In this document: piece after piece, positions 58,286-64,000 of the stretch
Numbering within the stretch: the stretch's first letter is position 1
How the letters are laid out: each line of letters opens with the position of its first letter
Source: an uncultured Nitrososphaerales archaeon
GTDB taxonomy: Archaea; Thermoproteota; Nitrososphaeria; Nitrososphaerales; Nitrososphaeraceae
Reading direction: 5' to 3'
Assembly (NCBI GenBank): GCA_963713605.1
Contig: CAVQMO010000012.1
Location: 256,001-320,000 of the forward strand
Length of the DNA: 64,000 bases
The notes under the pieces: model-generated
The model's database searches: none
Told to the model about the DNA's origin: nothing
Seen by the model: the letters and a program-made list of their open reading frames with translations, nothing else
Translations under genes and position numbers: made by a program

Positions 58286-59803
58286 CTAGGTATTCCACCC
58301 AAACGATGACGATTCTGAAAACCGACGATGTACATCGTAAGGATCTGCCCAATCGAATCTGCTGGCATTCCATGCATCATCATAGGTCCCCAGCTCTTCA
58401 TTCAAGTATTGCATCATAGGTCTGGCTCTTTTTGGTATTGCAGATAGAATGGCTGCTGCTAATTCTCCATCCTTTGAAGAGAAAGGTTTGACATTTTCAA
58501 TAAATGACGTATCATATGTTCCATTTACAAATCTACTATCTCTTAGTGCCGAGGAGTGAAATGGTATAGAGGTTGGAATTCCAGAAATCCTCAGTGTAGA
58601 AAGTGAACGAATCATTTTGTTTATCGCGTCCATTCTATTATTTCCATGACATATGAGCTTTGCAATAAGAGAGTCATAAAATTGTGGGATTGAATAGCCT
58701 GAGTATAATGCAGTGTCTAACCTAATCCCTTCACCTACTGGAATCTCAAATTCCTTAACTTTGCCTGCTACAGGAGCAAAACTCATAGGATGCTCTGCAT
58801 TAATTCTACATTCTATTGCATGTCCTATTGAATTTACGGCTTCCTGTCTTACAGATAATCCATATCCTAGGGCCGCACGAAGTTGCTGTTCCACTATATC
58901 AACTCCAGTAACAGCTTCAGTTACAGGATGCTCAACTTGTATCCTCGCATTGATTTCCATGAAAAAGAACTTATCGCCCTTAAGTAGAAATTCGACAGTT
59001 CCTGTGTTATCGTAATTAATTTCTTTCATTATTGAAACAGCCTTGCATAAAATATCTTGCCTCATTTCATTTGTCAAGGCAAATGAGGGAGTCTCTTCGA
59101 TTAGCTTTTGATGACGTCTCTGGACTGAACATTCTCTTTCACCTAATTGAACCACATCGGAGCTGTCTGCAACAATTTGAACTTCTATATGTTTGGGATT
59201 TTCCAAATATTGTTCAATATATACTCTCCTTGAGCCAAAGCTCATCATAGATTCAGTCTGAGCTGATACAAATCTCTCATGGATTTCTTTCTTTGACCTC
59301 AAAATTCTTAAACCTCTTCCTCCGCCCCCCTCAACAGCTTTGAGGATTACGGGAAACCCAATCTTATCCACCAGTGATAAAGCCTCGTCTTCAGAGGAAA
59401 CCTCATCTCCTTCGACTACGGAAGCTACTTTTGAAGCCGCTCTCCTGGCTTTCACCTTATCGCCCGAAATAGCCATGACCTCAGTGGAGGGTCCCACAAA
59501 AATAATCCCTTCTTTTTTGCATCGCTCTGCAAATTTTGGACTTTCAGACAGAAAACCATAACCAGGATGGATCATATCACAACTAAGTTTGTTGGCCGCT
59601 TCGATAACTTTGTCTATCACAAGATAGCTTTCTATCGGCAATAATCCCCCTATGTTGACGGCTCCTTCGCAATACTTTATGTGCAGAGATTCTTTATCGG
59701 CTTCGGAGTAGATGCCACACGGTATCATGCCAGCTTTCTTGCAAGCCTTAGCAATTCTTATTGCTATTTCTCCGCGGTTAGCTATTAGTACCTTAGTATT
59801 CAT
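58286..59803 (-). CDS. accC: Biotin carboxylase subunit
   Basis: ANRGEIA, HPGYGFLSE, GGGGRG, ECSVQRRHQK, RIQVEHPVTE, ECRINAE. Confidence 0.95.
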   Translation of the reverse strand: MNTKVLIANRGEIAIRIAKACKKAGMIPCGIYSEADKESLHIKYCEGAVNIGGLLPIESYLVIDKVIEAANKLSCDMIHPGYGFLSESPKFAERCKKEGIIFVGPSTEVMAISGDKVKARRAASKVASVVEGDEVSSEDEALSLVDKIGFPVILKAVEGGGGRGLRILRSKKEIHERFVSAQTESMMSFGSRRVYIEQYLENPKHIEVQIVADSSDVVQLGERECSVQRRHQKLIEETPSFALTNEMRQDILCKAVSIMKEINYDNTGTVEFLLKGDKFFFMEINARIQVEHPVTEAVTGVDIVEQQLRAALGYGLSVRQEAVNSIGHAIECRINAEHPMSFAPVAGKVKEFEIPVGEGIRLDTALYSGYSIPQFYDSLIAKLICHGNNRMDAINKMIRSLSTLRISGIPTSIPFHSSALRDSRFVNGTYDTSFIENVKPFSSKDGELAAAILSAIPKRARPMMQYLNEELGTYDDAWNASRFDWADPYDVHRRFSESSSFGWNT

Positions 59804-59910
59804 GATCCAAATCTAAAAATAGTAGCAGCTCGAATTCTTGGACTAGGTATCTAATCCGAAGCCTTGTCTATACTGATTTAAGGTACTATCAAATTGCATA
59901 CCGGGTATCC

Positions 59911-60373
59911 TCATATATAATATTCTAACATCCTGTCGATTTCATCCTTACCTACTTCGTCATTTGGAAATTCTTCATATCTTGCAAAATCAAGGGGAGT
60001 AATTATGCCAACAAGGTTATTCGAATCTGATTTATCACTATTATTGCTATTATCAATGACGAGTAAATGTCTTACATTATGCTGTAACATCATATCAGCA
60101 GCTACAGCTGGGGTAGAGGTTGAATCAATTGCGATGAGTGGTACTGACATTATCTGCTTATTTGTTACTGTACTCGTAAGGGTATCACTAGTGCATACTT
60201 TAGTAACTATATCTCGCTCGGTGACTAAACCTTGAGGTTTACCTTCACTGTCGACTACTATCAACGAGCTGACATCTCTATCCTTCAATTTCTTTGGCAG
60301 CATCTTGCACAGAAGCTGAATCCTCTATAGTCTCTAGCCTTTTTCTCATAATGTCCTTCACAACCGTGGTCAT
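59911..60373 (-). CDS. CBS-domain pair protein, 5' frameshift
   Basis: MTTVVKDIMRK; GLVTERDI; IMSVPL; VRHLLV; GIITPLD. Confidence 0.88.
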
Positions 60374-60791
60374 CGATAGGAATATTATCTTTATCAAACT
60401 CTTAAACATATTGAATAAAAAATCCAATGAGATACATTAAGTTGCTCTGTTTACCGATCACTAATATATACAAGAGCATATCCTACATGGGAGGCTCACT
60501 ATTGCGGTATGAGGCTTAGGCCACAAATTTTGATAAGATTAGAGATAATGATGTTACATTGCTATCTATCTTCTTCGATAATCTGTTGACTGATATACGT
60601 TCGAAGTACATGATTAGTAACTAAACCTTTTGGCTATAGTTGTTCTGCGTTCATGGTAGATTAAGCAGATGATGTGGATGTCAAGAAATTTCTCCGATTA
60701 GATGATGGAATATTCTTGCCTTATATTGACGAACATCTGTAATAGGCATATTGTAAGCTTGACTGAACCACACGGAGAAAAAATAGTAAAC

Positions 60792-61506
60792 ATGGGAGTC
60801 GTACAAATGCGAGTAACAACGGAGTTAGAAACTAATGTTAGAACCATAATTTCGTATGTAAGGAATGCATCACAAAGAAGAATAAGCCTACTTTGTTTTC
60901 CTGAATGTTGCCTTTCGGGTTATATAGTTAACCTTGCCAAGCTCGACTATAAGACTATTGCTCAATCTCTTATTGAGCTGCAGGAAGTATCTAACAGGTT
61001 CAATGTATCTCTGCTGATAGGTACACCATGGAAATCACAAGGTAAAATTTTTAATGCCGCTTTCATTATTAAACCTGAATCCGGAATCATTACAAAGTAC
61101 TACAAGAACGATTTGACTGATTATGACATAAGGTTTTTTTCGAAAGGAACTTCCTCTAAAAGCCCGATTTGGATTCACCAAGGCGTAAAATGTGGTGTCC
61201 TTATCTGCAGAGATCAGAACAATCCTTTACTAGCGCTTCGATACAAGAGAAATAACGTGAAAGTATTATTTTATCTTTCATCTCATCATTACAGCAAACG
61301 AGATGCCTTATATAAGGAAAGGAGAAATCGATCGTTTCCAATAGTTAGGGGCAGCGGAGAATATGATGTATGTAGTTAAATCAGATGCTGTTGGAGAACA
61401 AAATGGCCTAATTAGTATGGGCAGTAGCATAATAGTCAACCCTCAAGGCAGAGTAATAGCAGAAGCCGCAAATGGGCGTGAAGAATTACTAAAATTTAGT
61501 CTCTGA
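60792..61506 (+). CDS. Carbon-nitrogen hydrolase (nitrilase superfamily), 3' frameshift
   Basis: Catalytic triad FPE, YYK, LICRD; C-terminal GSSIIVNPQG...EELL in the next frame. Confidence 0.85.
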
Positions 61507-61749
61507 CATCGAGTTAGTTATCATATTTAATCCATCATACCAGTCCATCCATTCCAAACCAAACAAATATTATTAATAACGTCTATTTCGTAAAGTACTT
61601 CTGGCTAGTCAGTAGTGAGCAGACCAATGTATACAAGTAGGATTAGTGAGGTGAGGACTCGCCGATTGATTGCATTGCAATGCAATGCAAGTAGTAATAA
61701 TTACGTGTATTCTAGCTCTTTTATAATAGACATATCTATAAAAAGTCTA

Positions 61750-62073
61750 ATGCATAAAAGACTAGTGCACAAGAACCAAATACTCGCTATCGCAGTAGAA
61801 TCATTAATTTCTACAATGCTACTTTCCGTAGGGTTTGGAGCAACAGTGAATGTCACTGCACAACCTGGAAGCATGGCTACATTGCAGAACATACCTGCCA
61901 CTTATGCAGTAAGGATCGTGCCAGGTGGAGCTCAAAGAGAAAGTCCATATCATTATTTTCCTCCATCTATTGCTGTCCCGATACATTCTACAATTGCATG
62001 GTTCAATAATGATTTCGGCCAGCCACACACGGTCGGCTATTACTATGTTATAATGGGAGTAACTGCTTTCTGA
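61750..62073 (+). pseudogene. N-terminal half of a secreted cupredoxin
   Basis: Signal peptide, YFPPSIAVP...WFNND..PHTV, then similarity ends. Confidence 0.65.
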
Positions 62074-62252
62074 ACACATTGAACAGCAATATCGTAAGCG
62101 ATTTCATTCGTGAAAAAACGATATTCTCAAAGATCCAATGATCCGAATCTTCAAAGATCCGATGAAGAGCATCTGCCTTTCTAATTGATGAAATTGTAAT
62201 GCAGTGAGCTCCAATACAAATATTATTATTACATGTTACAAATCATTTGGAT

Positions 62253-63724
62253 ATGGATAAACGGAATAAAGGTAAAATATTATCTCTAATCTTATTAATA
62301 ATTATTATTGTGGGAGCTATACTGATTATCCCTTCGAATAAAATAGCAGCGCCTGCTGCGTATGCATATAAGGATGTAATAAATCATTCTAAAACAAGAG
62401 AAGGGCAGTCCATTTTAAGTTCTGAAATCCAGGATAAAACACCCCATAAAGAATTTACAATGATAGCAGAAGATGCTACAATGGAAATATCTCCTGGTGA
62501 AAGAGTAAAGGTTTGGACTTTTAATGGAACAGGTACCTGGACCTACACTAAGATTTACAGAAGGTGATAACGTTACCATTCATTTTATCAATAAAGCACC
62601 CATGGCACATACATTACATTTACACGGAACCCATGATTCAAAAAACGATGGTGCATTTCCTCTGATATTGCCTAACCAAACTTACAATTATAATTTTATA
62701 GCAGAACCTGCTGGATCATTTTTGTATCATTGTCATGCTCCACCTACATCACTTCATATCAGAATGGGGATGTATGGTTCATTGATTATAGATCCGAAAG
62801 ATCCAAATATATTAAAACCAGCAAGAGAATATGCATTAGTACCTAAGTGAATTCGATCCCAAAGATTTAGATTCATTTATACCGAAATACTATCCTGTAA
62901 ATGGATATGCAGATCAATATATGGAAAATAATTCTTTAGTTGCACGACAAAATGAGCTTGTTAGGTTCTATGTATCTAATCTAGGTACTACGATACCATT
63001 CCCCTTCCATTTACATAGTACTATATTTAAGGTATATCAGTCTGGGCTACTATCAAATGATCCTATCGATGTTCAGACTATATCTATAAGTCCAGGTGAT
63101 GCTATTATAGTGGAAGCAATATGGAAGTATCCAGGAACCTATTTTGTTCATAGCCATGGAATCCAAGAAGAAAGAGGAAATATGGGGGAAATAGATATCA
63201 TTCCTGAAAGCGAGAATGCTATCTCGTATACTACAGCAGGAACAACAACAACAAATTCTTCTTCAATTGAGCCAGTTACAAATAAGAGTATATCAATGAT
63301 CGACTGGCAATATCAAATGCAAAAGAAATTACAAAAACCACTTATTTCTTCTCCTCATGGTATGGAAGAGGCAGAACAGGCAGCTACTCCAGAAGCAGAA
63401 GCAGTTGACGGTGGAGCCGAAGCTGCCGGTGCAACACTTACCATTCCAGAAGGAGCATCAGTGCAAGGAAATCCATCATATGATCCAGATCCATTAACCG
63501 TCTCTGCAGGAAACGTCGTGAAGGTATCAAATCAAGATACTGTTCCTCATACCGTCACAAGTGGTTCTGGACCAGAAGATCCTGACTCAGGTAGTCAGTT
63601 CGACACAAGCATTATAGATGCACGGGCTACTGCACAAGTAGACACGGCCAATCTTGCAGCTGGAGACTATTCGTACTATTGTTCGGTACACCCGTATATG
63701 GTAGGAACTATGAAAGTATCTTGA
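62253..63724 (+). CDS. Two-domain multicopper oxidase fused to a C-terminal cupredoxin, frameshifted
   Basis: WTFNG..PGP; HTLHLHG; YHCHAPPTSLHIRMGMYG; FHLH; VHSH; C-terminal PHTVTSG...YYCSVHPYM. Confidence 0.9.
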
Positions 63725-63799
63725 AAATATGAGTTTTCTTTCTTTTGGCACTCTTGCCTGTTTACCTTGATTTTCTTTGGCGGATACGTTTGTGCTTCT

Positions 63800-63895
63800 G
63801 GCGTCGTGAGTGCTGGTGAAAGTTCGAAACCGCAAGAGTTAGCTGATGTTGCTAAAGGCGATCAGGTCCCGTATTATTGTCGAATTCATCCTTAG
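63800..63895 (+). pseudogene. C-terminal cupredoxin fragment
   Basis: Manual translation GVVSAGESSKPQELADVAKGDQVPYYCRIHP*. Confidence 0.6.
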
Positions 63896-64000
63896 GATTT
63901 ATCCCTCTGCAAATGCTATTCGTGTAGTCTAAAGAGATCATCTACATCAAATGGTATGTCTTTTCTGCTAGTATTTCTTTCAAAAGGACATTGAAATCTA

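Noticed and set aside
62253..63724. Annotation as nirK
   Set aside because: Four HxH motifs indicate a trinuclear-centre multicopper oxidase

Overview
AT-rich archaeal DNA, inferred to come from a soil ammonia-oxidising archaeon (Nitrososphaeraceae). The inference rests on archaeal Hsp20, DUF6659-like and PEFG-CTERM-type secreted proteins, many cupredoxins, small Zn-finger proteins, TTG starts and TATA-type promoters. No rRNA, convincing tRNA or CRISPR array was seen. Many genes are split by single-base indels, often in homopolymers, so sequencing error and true pseudogenisation cannot be fully separated. Layout: (1) 0.1-7.6 kb: hsp20, a DUF5996 protein, a Wtp/Mod tungstate-molybdate ABC transporter and an HtrA protease. 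(2) About 7.6-18.5 kb: a decayed integrated element or provirus with a truncated tyrosine integrase, a wHTH gene divergent from an AbrB gene around a triple inverted repeat, a candidate Rep_trans-like replication initiator, an orphan DPPY methyltransferase, a terminase-nuclease remnant and a perfect 50-bp tandem array. (3) About 19-64 kb: an accessory stress and metabolic region. It has 3 CBS proteins, 2 USPs, dodecin, an Rv2004c-like kinase domain, VIT1, P-II, an acyl-CoA transferase, a GpgS-like glycosyltransferase, a HAD-IIB phosphatase, a GH38 mannosidase, bacterial-type GAPDH, a three-subunit acyl-CoA carboxylase, a nitrilase and a two-domain multicopper oxidase fused to a cupredoxin. The most notable unexplained signal is a palindromic TGCA-N6-TGCA motif that recurs in intergenic DNA upstream of genes in region 3, suggesting an undescribed regulon.
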